Notes: generated by a model not told the origin, from the letters alone. Shown: positions 19,534 to 29,263, numbered from the stretch's first letter. The stretch: 64,000 nt of DNA from Nannocystales bacterium (GCA_050633305.1 JBOEGF010000007.1:64001-128000), one strand, 5' to 3'. Made by a program: numbers and translations.

Positions 19534-20199
19534 ATGAACCGTGCGCTCATGCTCTTGGTGCTTCTGTCCGCCTGTGACTCCGGCACGGAGGGGCCCGAGA
19601 AAAAGGCGGGCGCGGCCAAGGTTGTGGCGGCCAAAGCCGATGACCCGAAGGCGGCGGCGAAACCCGAGGCCCAGGCCAACTCCAACGCCCCGAAGGCCGC
19701 CCAAGCGGAGGGCCCGGTCCTCGACCATACGGTCAAGACGATCAAAGGGGAGGACAAGAGCCTGGCCGACTTCCGTGGCAAGGCCTTGTTGGTGGTCAAC
19801 ACCGCATCCCAGTGCGGCTACACGCCTCAGTACGAAGGCCTTCAGGAACTCTATGCCAAGTACAAGGCTCGAGGCTTTGAGGTCCTTGCGTTTCCGAGCA
19901 ACGACTTTGGCGGGCAAGAGCCGGGATCCGAGGACGAGATCGCCGGTTTCGTCGACGAAAAGTACGGCGTGCAGTTCCCGATGTTTGCCAAGGTTGCGAC
20001 CAAGGGCGAAAGCAAAGCGCCGCTGTTCACCACGATTACAGAGCAGACTCCCGAGGGCATCAAGGGGGAGATCAAGTGGAACTTCACCAAGTTCCTCGTG
20101 GACCCCTCAGGCCGCGTGATCGCGCGTTACGAGTCCAACGTCGACCCGATGGACACCGACCTCACGGCGCAGCTCGAGGCTATTCTTCCCTCGGCCTAG
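19534..20199 (+). CDS. Glutathione peroxidase family protein with lipoprotein signal and Ala/Lys-rich linker
   Basis: Lipobox LVLLSA-C; VNTASQCGYTPQY, FGGQEPG and KWNFTKFL motifs. Confidence 0.93.
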   Translation: MNRALMLLVLLSACDSGTEGPEKKAGAAKVVAAKADDPKAAAKPEAQANSNAPKAAQAEGPVLDHTVKTIKGEDKSLADFRGKALLVVNTASQCGYTPQYEGLQELYAKYKARGFEVLAFPSNDFGGQEPGSEDEIAGFVDEKYGVQFPMFAKVATKGESKAPLFTTITEQTPEGIKGEIKWNFTKFLVDPSGRVIARYESNVDPMDTDLTAQLEAILPSA

Positions 20200-20200
20200 C

Positions 20201-20575
20201 GGAACCCCGCTTCAACCGAGGGCGACCGCTGGCCAAGACGCCTGCGACCCTGACAACCACAAGCGTCCCTTCATCATCGAGTGGGACGCCACAGACATGT
20301 CGAGCTTCGCTGCAAGCTGTCCGTCGTGGAGGAGGGCCGCAGCGAGAGCTTCCGAGGGGCGCAGGGCTCGTATCTGCCCCCGGAGTGGACCTCCGGATCG
20401 CTCGAAACCATCGACATCAGCTACGAGGGCGAGTTGTACGCGAAGCTTCCCCTGGGCAGCGCTTCGCTCGGTGGGCGCGTCAGCGGGGGAGAGAATACTT
20501 CGCCGCACAAGGGGCGGTGGATGCCAAAACGATCGATACCGTCGTGAAGGTGGACTTGGACAAGTACTGCGGCGG
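20201..20575 (+). pseudogene. Fragmented remnant of an unidentified gene spread over three reading frames
   Basis: Consecutive protein-like segments: GTPLQPRATAGQDACDPDNHKRPFIIEWDATDMSSF, then CKLSVV...PEWTSGSLETIDISYEGELYAKLPLG...RVSGGE, then EYFAAQGAVDAKTIDTVVKVDLDKYC. No start codon for the first segment. Confidence 0.6.
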
Positions 20576-20582
20576 GCAGCGC

Positions 20583-21842
20583 TCAGGTGCGCCGTCTCGC
20601 GGCGAGCAGCACCAAGAACAGCCACAAAGCGGAGGGGGTCGGTGCATCGGCTCTGCAGTCGCAGTCTCCCCCGAACGGGTCGAAGGGATCTTCGCCCGGA
20701 GGGATCGTTTGCCGATCGAGTACGGCGTCCGGAGGAAGGTCGCCGTCCTCGTCGTCCCCGGTGCTTCCGAAGGCTAGGGTTTCTCCTTCGGTTTCCCACC
20801 CTTCGGTGTCGGTTTCTGTCCCTCCGTCGGTCTCCTCGGTCGAGTAGACGATCAGTTCCAGGATGTCGGTCGTGGTCGTGTTTCCGGCGGCATCGTAGGC
20901 GACGGCCTCAAAGTGGTAGGTCCCCGGCGGGGCTCCGGTCACCTCCCACGAAAACGGGGCAGCATCGTCGGCAGCGACGAGTTCTCCGGCTGCGAGGAGC
21001 TCGACCGCGACGACACCATCGTCATCATTGGCATCGACGGCGAGGACAAACGGTTCGCCCGCCGCGAACTCGTCACCGGACTGGGGTGCTGTGAATCGCA
21101 CGGACGGTGGGCTCATGTCCGCCGGCCGGGGACCGACGAATCGCATCAGCTCGGCATGGCCATTTTGCTGGTCGGCATAGCCGCAGGAACCCTCGTGTTG
21201 TTCCGTGCAGAGGATGCCGATTCCGGCCGCCTCGACGACCGGGTGGCACGTGTTCGTGAAGCCTGGGTCTCCGCCGTTGTTGTACGGGTACATCAGGTCG
21301 GCATCGTCGTCGACGTGCTCCAGACCATACGAGTGCGCGATCTCTTGGCTGACCGTCGTCGCGGTGGCGGCCGCCGTGAAACCGTCGTCGGCGTGATGGA
21401 ACGCGAACACGATATTGTTCGACGTCCAACTGTTGGCGCAGTCGAGCAGTGCAATCCCGAGCGACCCGTCGGTGAAGTTCGTGGGACCCACCATGACCAT
21501 CGTGTAGTCACCGGTGGTCGGTCTCGTGTCGGTGATCGTGGCGTTGAACGGGAGCCAGTCCTGACGCACAGCCTGCATGATCGCCGTCTGCTTCGGGCCG
21601 TCTCCGTACGCGTCGAAGGTTCCTTTCCAACCGATCAGGGTCCCGTTGTTGCGGGCGTCCTCCGCGTTGTCGTTGAGCACCGCGCCATCGAAGTTGAGGA
21701 ACAGCGTGGCTGGGACCGGGCCAGCCAGCTGGGGCCGGTTGATCTGTCCGAGGGCGGAAGCGGGCGGGAGACGGGGAGCTGCGCGGTACGGACGATCCGC
21801 GAGAGGCGGAGTCGTCGAGAGCGCGAGCGCGAGCACCAGCAT
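20583..21842 (-). CDS. Secreted metzincin-like metallopeptidase with Ig-like domain and MYXO-CTERM-type tail
   Basis: Signal peptide; QEIAHSYGLEH plus Met-turn DLMYP; PPSVRFTAP...DDDGVVAVEL...AYDAAGN Ig-like domain; C-terminal CDCRA...LWLFLVLLAARRR. Confidence 0.85.
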   Translation of the reverse strand: MLVLALALSTTPPLADRPYRAAPRLPPASALGQINRPQLAGPVPATLFLNFDGAVLNDNAEDARNNGTLIGWKGTFDAYGDGPKQTAIMQAVRQDWLPFNATITDTRPTTGDYTMVMVGPTNFTDGSLGIALLDCANSWTSNNIVFAFHHADDGFTAAATATTVSQEIAHSYGLEHVDDDADLMYPYNNGGDPGFTNTCHPVVEAAGIGILCTEQHEGSCGYADQQNGHAELMRFVGPRPADMSPPSVRFTAPQSGDEFAAGEPFVLAVDANDDDGVVAVELLAAGELVAADDAAPFSWEVTGAPPGTYHFEAVAYDAAGNTTTTDILELIVYSTEETDGGTETDTEGWETEGETLAFGSTGDDEDGDLPPDAVLDRQTIPPGEDPFDPFGGDCDCRADAPTPSALWLFLVLLAARRRT

Positions 21843-21994
21843 GACTCGGACTTCGTCCGTCTGGGCCGCTTCTGCAGCCCGCAGCGTCGACCACGGCGCG
21901 CGGATGGGCGACGCGGCCCACATCGTGCCACCGGCTCGTCCGAACCCGAGCAGGGAAGCGCTCCGCGACGAAACCATCCTGCTACTGTGGATCC

Positions 21995-22720
21995 ATGGAT
22001 CGGGTGCAGTTTCAGGAGGCGTTGCTCGATGTGATGGAGCGAAAGGTGCACTGGGCGTGGCCGAGCTTTACCTCCGGGAAGGTTGCCGCCAGCCGTCTGC
22101 ACATCCACCTCGAGCAGGAGTACGCCGTCTACATTCGGGACTTTGCACAGCTGCTTGGACGCGCGTACGTGCGATGCCCGGTTGGCGCGGTCCGTCGGGA
22201 GTTGGCCGAGAACCTGTACGAAGAGGAGACCGGGCGCCTCACACGAGGAAGGCCGCATGCCGAGTTGTTCTTGGAGTACCCGCGCGGGTTGGGTATGGAT
22301 CTCGCCCGCTTTGAAGCGGTCGAACTCCTCCCCGAGGCTGCGAGCTACCGCGCGACGCTGGACGAACTGACGAACGAGCACGGCTGGGAGACGGCGACCG
22401 CAGTCACGACGATCTTCGTCGAGGGGACTCCGTTTGAACGCGGGGAACTCGATGCCTCGAAGCCCAAGCGCCCCGAGCCTCCGCTCGAGGACCACCCGCT
22501 GGTGAAGCACTATGGCCTCCCGCTCGAGGCGTTGGAGCTGACCAAGGTCCATCGGGAGGTCGAGGGCGAGCATCGCGCCTCGGCGTGGCACATCATTTTG
22601 GATCATGTAGGGGCGGACGCGCGCGCCGCTGCTGTGGCCGGGATGGAACGCGCCCTCGCGGATTGGTCACGATACCGGGACGCCGTGGCCGTGGCGTGCG
22701 GCCTGAGCCGCGCGGCGTGA
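21995..22720 (+). CDS. Heme-oxygenase-like diiron enzyme (TenA/PqqC/CADD superfamily)
   Basis: NLYEEETG-x7-HAELF, FVEG and HREVEGEH ligand pattern. Confidence 0.85.
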   Translation: MDRVQFQEALLDVMERKVHWAWPSFTSGKVAASRLHIHLEQEYAVYIRDFAQLLGRAYVRCPVGAVRRELAENLYEEETGRLTRGRPHAELFLEYPRGLGMDLARFEAVELLPEAASYRATLDELTNEHGWETATAVTTIFVEGTPFERGELDASKPKRPEPPLEDHPLVKHYGLPLEALELTKVHREVEGEHRASAWHIILDHVGADARAAAVAGMERALADWSRYRDAVAVACGLSRAA

Positions 22721-22799
22721 GGTCGTACGATGCGCTCTCGCCAGGCCGGTTGCCGCCGTGTCTGTGGATGTCGTAGGGTCGTTGCAGGAGTCCTTGTCC

Positions 22800-23942
22800 A
22801 TGATGCGATGGTGGTTGATGGGGTGTGCGGGCCTGCTTTGCGTGGCTTGCGATGATGGCGCGGCAACGAGTTCGGGCGGTGGGTCGTCCTCCGCAGGCGA
22901 AGCAGAGGCGGGGACCAGTGACCCGCAGCCGACGACGGCGCCGACGGGCGTCGACACGCAGGACTCCAACTCGGGCAACTCGGACCCGACGGACCCGACA
23001 GACCCGACGGACCCGACGGACCCCACCGCGGACGACTCGGGCAGCGAGAGCTCCTCGTCCACGACCGGAGAGCCGGGCGATACGGTGGTTCGGTTTATCG
23101 CGCTGGGCGATGGCGGCGAGGGGAACGACGGCCAATACGGGGTGGCCGATGTTGTCGAGCAGGTCTGCGCGGAGCGCGGTTGCGAGTTCGCGCTGTACTT
23201 GGGGGACAACTTCTATGACGTCGGCGTCGACTCCTCGATGGACGTCCAGTTCCAGGACAAGTTCGAGCTGCCGTATGCCGATCTCGACCTCCCGTTCTAC
23301 ATCACGCTTGGCAACCACGACTACGGCACGCTGGGCAACGAGTGGTTCAAGAGTCAGGCGCAGATCGACTACTCGCAGTTCAGCGACAAATGGACGCTGC
23401 CCAACGAGTGGTACGCGTTCGAGGCGGCGCACGTCACGTTCGTCTCGATCGACTCCGCACAGCTCTTCTGGAACCACAACGTCGGCGACCAGAGCGAGTT
23501 TCTGCAGGGCGTTTTGGCCGCGAGTGACAGCCAACACACCGTTGTGTTCGCGCACCATCCGTACATCTCCAACGGCCGGCACGGCAACGCCGGGAACTAC
23601 GAGGGCGTGTCCTTTGTCCCGATCGTCAACGGCGAGAACATCGAGGACTTCGTCAACGACGAGGTTTGCGGCAACGTCGATGTGTACTTCAGCGGTCACG
23701 ACCACAACATGCAGTGGCACCCCACGACCTGCGGGACGAACTTCATCGTCAGCGGTTCGGCGGCCAAGAACACCGACTTCGAGAATCGGGACAACAACCC
23801 GCCGGTGCTGTACCAAGACGATCAAACGCCCGGCTTTGCTTGGGTTGAGATCGACGGCTCCACGATGACCATGGCCTGGTACGACATGAACAACGCGGAG
23901 ACGCCCAACTACGAGAACTCGATCGAGCTCGGTGGCGGCTGA
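22800..23942 (+). CDS. Metallophosphoesterase (purple/tartrate-resistant acid phosphatase-like) lipoprotein
   Basis: Lipobox LLCVA-C; ALGDGG, GDNFY, GNHDY, AHHP and GHDH motifs. Confidence 0.9.
   Translation: MMRWWLMGCAGLLCVACDDGAATSSGGGSSSAGEAEAGTSDPQPTTAPTGVDTQDSNSGNSDPTDPTDPTDPTDPTADDSGSESSSSTTGEPGDTVVRFIALGDGGEGNDGQYGVADVVEQVCAERGCEFALYLGDNFYDVGVDSSMDVQFQDKFELPYADLDLPFYITLGNHDYGTLGNEWFKSQAQIDYSQFSDKWTLPNEWYAFEAAHVTFVSIDSAQLFWNHNVGDQSEFLQGVLAASDSQHTVVFAHHPYISNGRHGNAGNYEGVSFVPIVNGENIEDFVNDEVCGNVDVYFSGHDHNMQWHPTTCGTNFIVSGSAAKNTDFENRDNNPPVLYQDDQTPGFAWVEIDGSTMTMAWYDMNNAETPNYENSIELGGG
22981..23025 (+). repeat. 9-bp tandem repeat (CGGACCCGA) x5 encoding a (DPT)n linker
   Basis: cggacccga cggacccga cagacccga cggacccga cggacccca. 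Confidence 0.9.
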
Positions 23943-24555
23943 GCCGCTTGCACGGGAATTCTTCGCGCGCGATGTCGTTGACGTCGCGCGCGATTTGATT
24001 GGGCGGACCCTGCACCACGAGTCGGTGGTTCTTCGGATCACCGAGACCGAGGCATACAAGTGGCCTCCCGACACGGCTTGTCATGCGAAGACGGGCCCAA
24101 CCGCGCGCAACCAGCCGCTGTTCGGTCCACCCGGCCGTGCGTACGTCTACCTTTGCTACGGCATCCACAATCTGCTCAACCTGGTGACGGGCGAAGACGG
24201 CCAAGCGCAGGCGGTCTTGATTCGGGCGTGCGAACCCGTGGATGGACTGGACGTGGTGACGACGCGTCGGGGCGGGCGCCGTGGCTCGACGCTGCTCGAT
24301 GGGCCCGGAAAGGTCGGCCAAGCGTTGGCGCTCGACACGAGCTGGTCCGATCACGACGTCACCACGAGGTCGGGGCTCGAGGTCGGCCCCGGATCGCCGC
24401 CTGCCGCACTGCTGGTGGGGCCGCGAATCGGTATCGACTACGCGTTGCCCGAGCACCGCGAGCTGCCCTGGCGGTTTGCGGAGGCTGACTCACGTTGGGT
24501 CGGCCACCGCCGGAGCTTGCGTCCGCTGGGCGCAGCCGCGACGATGCCGCCATGA
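23932..24555 (+). CDS. mpg: DNA-3-methyladenine glycosylase (MPG/AAG family)
   Basis: ITETEAY, YVYLCYGIH, AVLIRA, GPGK and GPRIGI motifs. Confidence 0.95.
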   Translation: MAAEPLAREFFARDVVDVARDLIGRTLHHESVVLRITETEAYKWPPDTACHAKTGPTARNQPLFGPPGRAYVYLCYGIHNLLNLVTGEDGQAQAVLIRACEPVDGLDVVTTRRGGRRGSTLLDGPGKVGQALALDTSWSDHDVTTRSGLEVGPGSPPAALLVGPRIGIDYALPEHRELPWRFAEADSRWVGHRRSLRPLGAAATMPP

Positions 24556-25538
24556 CGCTCGACCTCCGCGAACGACCTCGTCGCAACCGCAAGTCTGCCG
24601 CGATCCGAGCGGCGTGTCGCGAGACCCACCTGGGCCCGGAGAACTTCATCTACCCGTTGTTTGTCCACGGAGGCGACGACGACCAGCCCATCACGTCGAT
24701 GCCTGGCTGCAGTCGGTTGAGTATCGCCGGACTGATGAGCGAGCTGGAGCAGGCCGTCGACGTGGGGGTCGGCATGGTCGCGTTGTTCCCGAAGATCCCC
24801 GATGAGCTCAAGACCAGTACCGGAGACGAGTCGTACAACCCCGCGGGGCTGATCCCCGACGTTCTCAAGCGCGTCAAAGATCGCTGGCCCGAGTTGATGC
24901 TCGTCACCGACGTCGCGCTGGATCCCTACTCCTCCGATGGACACGACGGCATTGTGGCGCCCGACGGTCGGATCCTGAACGACGAGACGATCGAAGTTCT
25001 GTGCAAGCAGGCGGTCTCGCAGGCACGCGCGGGCGCGGACATCATCGCTCCGAGCGACATGATGGACGGGCGTGTCGGGGCCATTCGCGATGCGCTCGAT
25101 GACGAGGGCTTCACCGAGGTCTCCATCCTCGCGTACACGGCGAAGTACGCGTCCGCCTTCTATGGTCCGTTCCGAGAGGCGCTCGATTCTGCTCCGCGCG
25201 GCGGTGACAAGAAGACCTACCAGATGGACCCCGCGAACGTGCGGGAGGCCGTCCGAGAGGCTGGCCTCGACGAGGACGAGGGCGCCGACATGCTGATGGT
25301 CAAACCGGCGATGGCGTATCTCGACGTCATCACCGCGCTGCGCGAGGCAAGCACGCTTCCCATCGCCGCCTACCAGGTCAGCGGTGAGTACGCGATGTTC
25401 AAGGCCGCAGCCGAGCGCGGCTGGCTGGATGAACAAGCGGTGGTCCTCGAGATGCTGACCTCGATTCGTCGCGCGGGAGCGGACGTAATCCTCAGCTACT
25501 ACGCCAAAGAAGCCAGCCGTTGGATGTCCGGGAGCTGA
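24552..25538 (+). CDS. hemB: Porphobilinogen synthase
   Basis: RPRRNR, DVALDPYSSDGHDG (Asp-rich, non-Zn type), APSDMMDGR, KYASAFYGPFR and MVKP motifs. Confidence 0.98.
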   Translation: MTLDLRERPRRNRKSAAIRAACRETHLGPENFIYPLFVHGGDDDQPITSMPGCSRLSIAGLMSELEQAVDVGVGMVALFPKIPDELKTSTGDESYNPAGLIPDVLKRVKDRWPELMLVTDVALDPYSSDGHDGIVAPDGRILNDETIEVLCKQAVSQARAGADIIAPSDMMDGRVGAIRDALDDEGFTEVSILAYTAKYASAFYGPFREALDSAPRGGDKKTYQMDPANVREAVREAGLDEDEGADMLMVKPAMAYLDVITALREASTLPIAAYQVSGEYAMFKAAAERGWLDEQAVVLEMLTSIRRAGADVILSYYAKEASRWMSGS

Positions 25539-25543
25539 GCGCG

Positions 25544-27580
25544 ATGCCACAACCCCCTGTAGCCACCAAGCGCGCCCACTCGGTCACCACTCACGGCATC
25601 ACCCGCGAAGACCCCTATGCGTGGATGCGCGACCGAGAGGACCCGGAGGTCCGGGCCTATCTCGAGGCCGAGAACGCGTACACCGACGAAATGGTCGCGG
25701 GCTCGGCCTCGCTGCAGCGCGAGCTGTACGACGAGATGCTGGCGCGTATCGATCAGAACGACCAATCGGTTCCCGTTCGAGACGGGGCGTGGCTGTACTA
25801 CTCGCGCATGGTCGAGGGGCAAGACTACGCCGTGCATTGCCGCCGGCCCTTGGCACTGGGGCGTCCGGAGGAGGAAGCTGGCGAGGAGGAGGTCTACCTC
25901 GACGAGAACGAGCTGGCGGAAGGCACCGAGTTCTTCTCGCTGGGAGACCTCGACATTCGCACGACCCATGATCTCGCCGCCTACACGGTCGACCTCTCCG
26001 GCGATGAGCGCTACACGCTGTTCGTCCGGGACCTCGGAACGGGGACGACACATGCGACACGAATCGAGGACGTCGCGGATGAGGTGTTGTGGGCGATGGA
26101 TGGCACCTCCTTGCTATACCTGCGCATGGACGACGCGCACCGCCCCTACCAGGTGTGGCGGCACGTGCTGGGAACCGATACCAGCGCGGACACGCTGATC
26201 TACGAGGACCTCGACGAGTCGTACTTCGTGGGGATCCGGCTGACGCGGAGTGAGCGCTTCATCGTCATCGCATCCCACAGTCAGGTGACGTCGGAGGAAC
26301 ACCTGCTGGAGGCTCGGGAGCCCGCCAGCGCGCCGCGATGCGTCGCCCCTCGCCGTCAGAATGTCGAGTATGCCGTCGAGCACCACGGCGATTCGTTGTT
26401 GGTCCTCACCAACCTCGACGCCCCCACGTTCGCGATCCAGCGCGCCAGCGTCGACACACCGGGGGTCTGGACACCGATGCTCGAGTGCCGGGAGGATGTC
26501 ACGCTCGAGGATGTCGAGGCGTTCGAAGACTGGCTTGTGATCGTCCAGCGTCGCAATGCGCTGCGCGAGCTCGTCATTCGCCGGGTTTCGGACGGCTCGG
26601 AGCATGTCCTGGAGATGCCCGACCCCGTGTATGCCGCCTGGGTCGGCACCAACCCGAGCTACCGCACCCAAACCCTGCGGTTCGGTTACACCTCGATGGG
26701 GGTCCCCAGTTCGGTCTTTGACTACGACCTCCAGGCACGGACTCGAACCCTGCGCAAGCAGCAACCGGTGCACGGCTTCGACCCCGACACCGTGGTGACC
26801 GAGCGGCTGTGGGTGACCGCGCCGGATGGTGAACAGGTACCTGTCTCGATGGTCCGCCGTCGCGAAGACCTCGGCAAAGCGATTCCGGTGTGGGTCACGG
26901 GCTACGGAGCCTACGGTTCGAACAACGCCGCCTCGTTTAGCAGTACGCGCGTCAGCCTGCTCCGTCGCGGGATCGGGGTGGCCATCGCCCACGTCCGAGG
27001 CGGCGCCGACAAGGGCCGCGCCTGGTACGAGAACGGCAAGCTCCTCCACAAGACCAACACGTTCTCAGACTTCATCGCGGTCGCAGAAACGCTGCGCGAG
27101 CAAGGGATCGCGTCGAAAATCGCCATCTACGGCGGGAGCGCGGGAGGCCTGCTGATCGGGGCTGTGGTCAACGAGCGGCCCGAGTTGTTCGACGTTGCCG
27201 TCGCCGACGTGCCCTTTGTCGACGTGCTCAACACCATGCTCGACGAGACGCTCCCGCTGACGGTAGTCGAGTGGGAAGAGTGGGGGAACCCCAACGAACG
27301 CGAGGCGTTCGATCTTATCGCTTCGTATGCGCCGTACGAGAACGTGAAGGCACAGGCCTATCCGTCGATGCTGCTACTCGCAGGGTGGTCCGACCCCCGA
27401 GTGTCGTACTGGGAGCCCGCCAAGCTTGCCGCTCGGCTCCGGGCGGTGGGGACCGGGACGAACCCTCTGCTGCTGCGCACCCACTTCGAGGCTGGTCACG
27501 GCGGACCCTCGGGGCGCTACGCAGCGTACGAAGAGACCGCCTTCATCTACGCGTTCGTCCTGAACGCTCTGGACGCTTGA
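25544..27580 (+). CDS. ptrB: Oligopeptidase B (S9A)
   Basis: DPYAWMRD, GYGAYG, GGSAGGLL, EEWGNP, DPRV and AGH motifs. Confidence 0.95.
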   Translation: MPQPPVATKRAHSVTTHGITREDPYAWMRDREDPEVRAYLEAENAYTDEMVAGSASLQRELYDEMLARIDQNDQSVPVRDGAWLYYSRMVEGQDYAVHCRRPLALGRPEEEAGEEEVYLDENELAEGTEFFSLGDLDIRTTHDLAAYTVDLSGDERYTLFVRDLGTGTTHATRIEDVADEVLWAMDGTSLLYLRMDDAHRPYQVWRHVLGTDTSADTLIYEDLDESYFVGIRLTRSERFIVIASHSQVTSEEHLLEAREPASAPRCVAPRRQNVEYAVEHHGDSLLVLTNLDAPTFAIQRASVDTPGVWTPMLECREDVTLEDVEAFEDWLVIVQRRNALRELVIRRVSDGSEHVLEMPDPVYAAWVGTNPSYRTQTLRFGYTSMGVPSSVFDYDLQARTRTLRKQQPVHGFDPDTVVTERLWVTAPDGEQVPVSMVRRREDLGKAIPVWVTGYGAYGSNNAASFSSTRVSLLRRGIGVAIAHVRGGADKGRAWYENGKLLHKTNTFSDFIAVAETLREQGIASKIAIYGGSAGGLLIGAVVNERPELFDVAVADVPFVDVLNTMLDETLPLTVVEWEEWGNPNEREAFDLIASYAPYENVKAQAYPSMLLLAGWSDPRVSYWEPAKLAARLRAVGTGTNPLLLRTHFEAGHGGPSGRYAAYEETAFIYAFVLNALDA

Positions 27581-27614
27581 GCCGTACCGGTTGGGGCCTC
27601 GGTTCGCGGGGCCC

Positions 27615-29258
27615 CTAGCGGGCCGGGAGCAGGCCCGGTCTCGACTTGCGCGACTTTCGAGACTCGTCGCGGTCGGCAGACAGGAACACGGAGTCTCGGC
27701 CCGCCTTGCGCGCAGGGGGCTCAGGTGGCGGCGCGGCGGCGGGGAGGGGGGCCGGCTTCGGTGCCTCGGCTTTTGGAACCTCGGGGGCCGGCGTTGCGAC
27801 GGGCTCGGGCGAGGCGGGGGGCGGCGTTGCATCGGGCGTTTGGGCGCGTCGACGACGACGACTGGACCTCGACTTGCTGCGTTGCGGAGACCTCTCGGCG
27901 GTCGCCACCGGCGTGGGTGCATCTTCTTCGTCTGGGACTTGCGCCGATGGTGCTGGTGTTCGAGCCGGCGGTTCCGCGGCGGGAATCGTCCGTGAGCTCA
28001 GCTGAGGAGCCTCGGAGCCAACGACCGAGTCCTTCGTGGGGTGCTCCTGTGCAAGTGGAACGACCGAGGACGGCGAGACGCTCGCAGCTGTCTCTTCCGC
28101 CGCTGTCGAGGGCTTCTCCAGGAAGGCGATCGCGGACGCGGTGACCAGCGGAACGAGTACCGCAAGGCCGATGATCGCGAGCCGTCGCATCGTGCGTGGC
28201 GGCGGTGCGTTCTCCCGCGTCGGCGCTTCTTCGGTCAGGGCACCCGACGGGAAACGAGAACTCGGGTTGACCCGGACCAACTCCATCAACCCGCTGTTTC
28301 CATAGCCTGGAGACCGGGAGGACAGCTCGGCGGTGGGGAGCCGGAACAGGGAAGCGGGCACCGAGTCGATCAATCGCTCCACAATGATGTTGGCGTCGAG
28401 GGGACGCCGCGACCGGTCCTTCTCCAGGCAGTCCGAGACCAGGGACAGCAGTGCCTCCGGAATCTCGCGGCCCTGTGGGATGACCTTTTCGAGCGCGGTC
28501 GGGACCTCGTCCAGCGTCTTGTACAGAAGCGTGGTGCTCTCTGAATCTGCGAACGGAAGCACGCCGCTGAGCATCTTGTAGAAGACGACGCCGATGGCGT
28601 AGACGTCGACACGGAGGTCGAGTTCCTCCCCCCGAATCGCCTCCGGGGCCAAGTAGCCTGCAGTTCCCAGCACGTGGCCCTGGGTGAGCTGAGGCTCTTT
28701 GCTGGTGAACTTGGCGAGGCCGAAGTCGAGCAACTTCACGAAGTTGGCGCGGCCCTTGCGGCAGCACAACATGATGTTCGACGGTTTGACGTCGCGGATC
28801 ATCATCTCTCGAAGGTGGGCGTGCCCCATGCCTTTGAGAATCTGCGCAGCGATGGGGACGAACTCGCGTAGCGTCAACGCCCCCTTGCGCTCCAGGTAGT
28901 CGCTCAGGGACTCGCCATCCACGTACTCCATGACGAGGTAGGGACGTCCGCGGTCGACCCCGCTGCCGTGCAAGCGGACGACGTTGGGGTGCTCGACCGA
29001 GCTGAGACGGGTTGCCTCTCGCTCGAAGCGGGCCACCGCGTCCGGTTGGTCGACCCATCGGTCCGACAGCATCTTGAGCGCGACGTTGGGTCGGTCGTCG
29101 TCGGTCGAGGCGAGGTAGACATCTCCCATGCCTCCTCGTCCGATGCGTCTCAACACGGTGTACCGATCTGCGATGACCTCGCCGGCTTGCGGCGCTCCGG
29201 CGCGAGCCTCCGGCCGCAAGGGAATGGGCTCCGCCGACTGGCTTCCGGGCTTGGTCAT
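27615..29258 (-). CDS. Membrane-anchored Ser/Thr protein kinase with atypical IRD catalytic loop
   Basis: GRGGMGDVY, VALK, MMIRDVKPSN, DFGLA and GTAGYLAPE motifs; one TM and a Pro-rich tail. Confidence 0.92.
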   Translation of the reverse strand: MTKPGSQSAEPIPLRPEARAGAPQAGEVIADRYTVLRRIGRGGMGDVYLASTDDDRPNVALKMLSDRWVDQPDAVARFEREATRLSSVEHPNVVRLHGSGVDRGRPYLVMEYVDGESLSDYLERKGALTLREFVPIAAQILKGMGHAHLREMMIRDVKPSNIMLCCRKGRANFVKLLDFGLAKFTSKEPQLTQGHVLGTAGYLAPEAIRGEELDLRVDVYAIGVVFYKMLSGVLPFADSESTTLLYKTLDEVPTALEKVIPQGREIPEALLSLVSDCLEKDRSRRPLDANIIVERLIDSVPASLFRLPTAELSSRSPGYGNSGLMELVRVNPSSRFPSGALTEEAPTRENAPPPRTMRRLAIIGLAVLVPLVTASAIAFLEKPSTAAEETAASVSPSSVVPLAQEHPTKDSVVGSEAPQLSSRTIPAAEPPARTPAPSAQVPDEEDAPTPVATAERSPQRSKSRSSRRRRRAQTPDATPPPASPEPVATPAPEVPKAEAPKPAPLPAAAPPPEPPARKAGRDSVFLSADRDESRKSRKSRPGLLPAR

Positions 29259-29263
29259 TGAAA

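Noticed and set aside
19801..19830. Possible selenocysteine in the glutathione peroxidase
   Set aside because: The active-site codon is TGC (Cys) and the ORF has no in-frame TGA.
22981..23025. 9-bp tandem repeat as a phase-variation switch
   Set aside because: The unit is a multiple of three and lies in a linker, so slippage would only change linker length.
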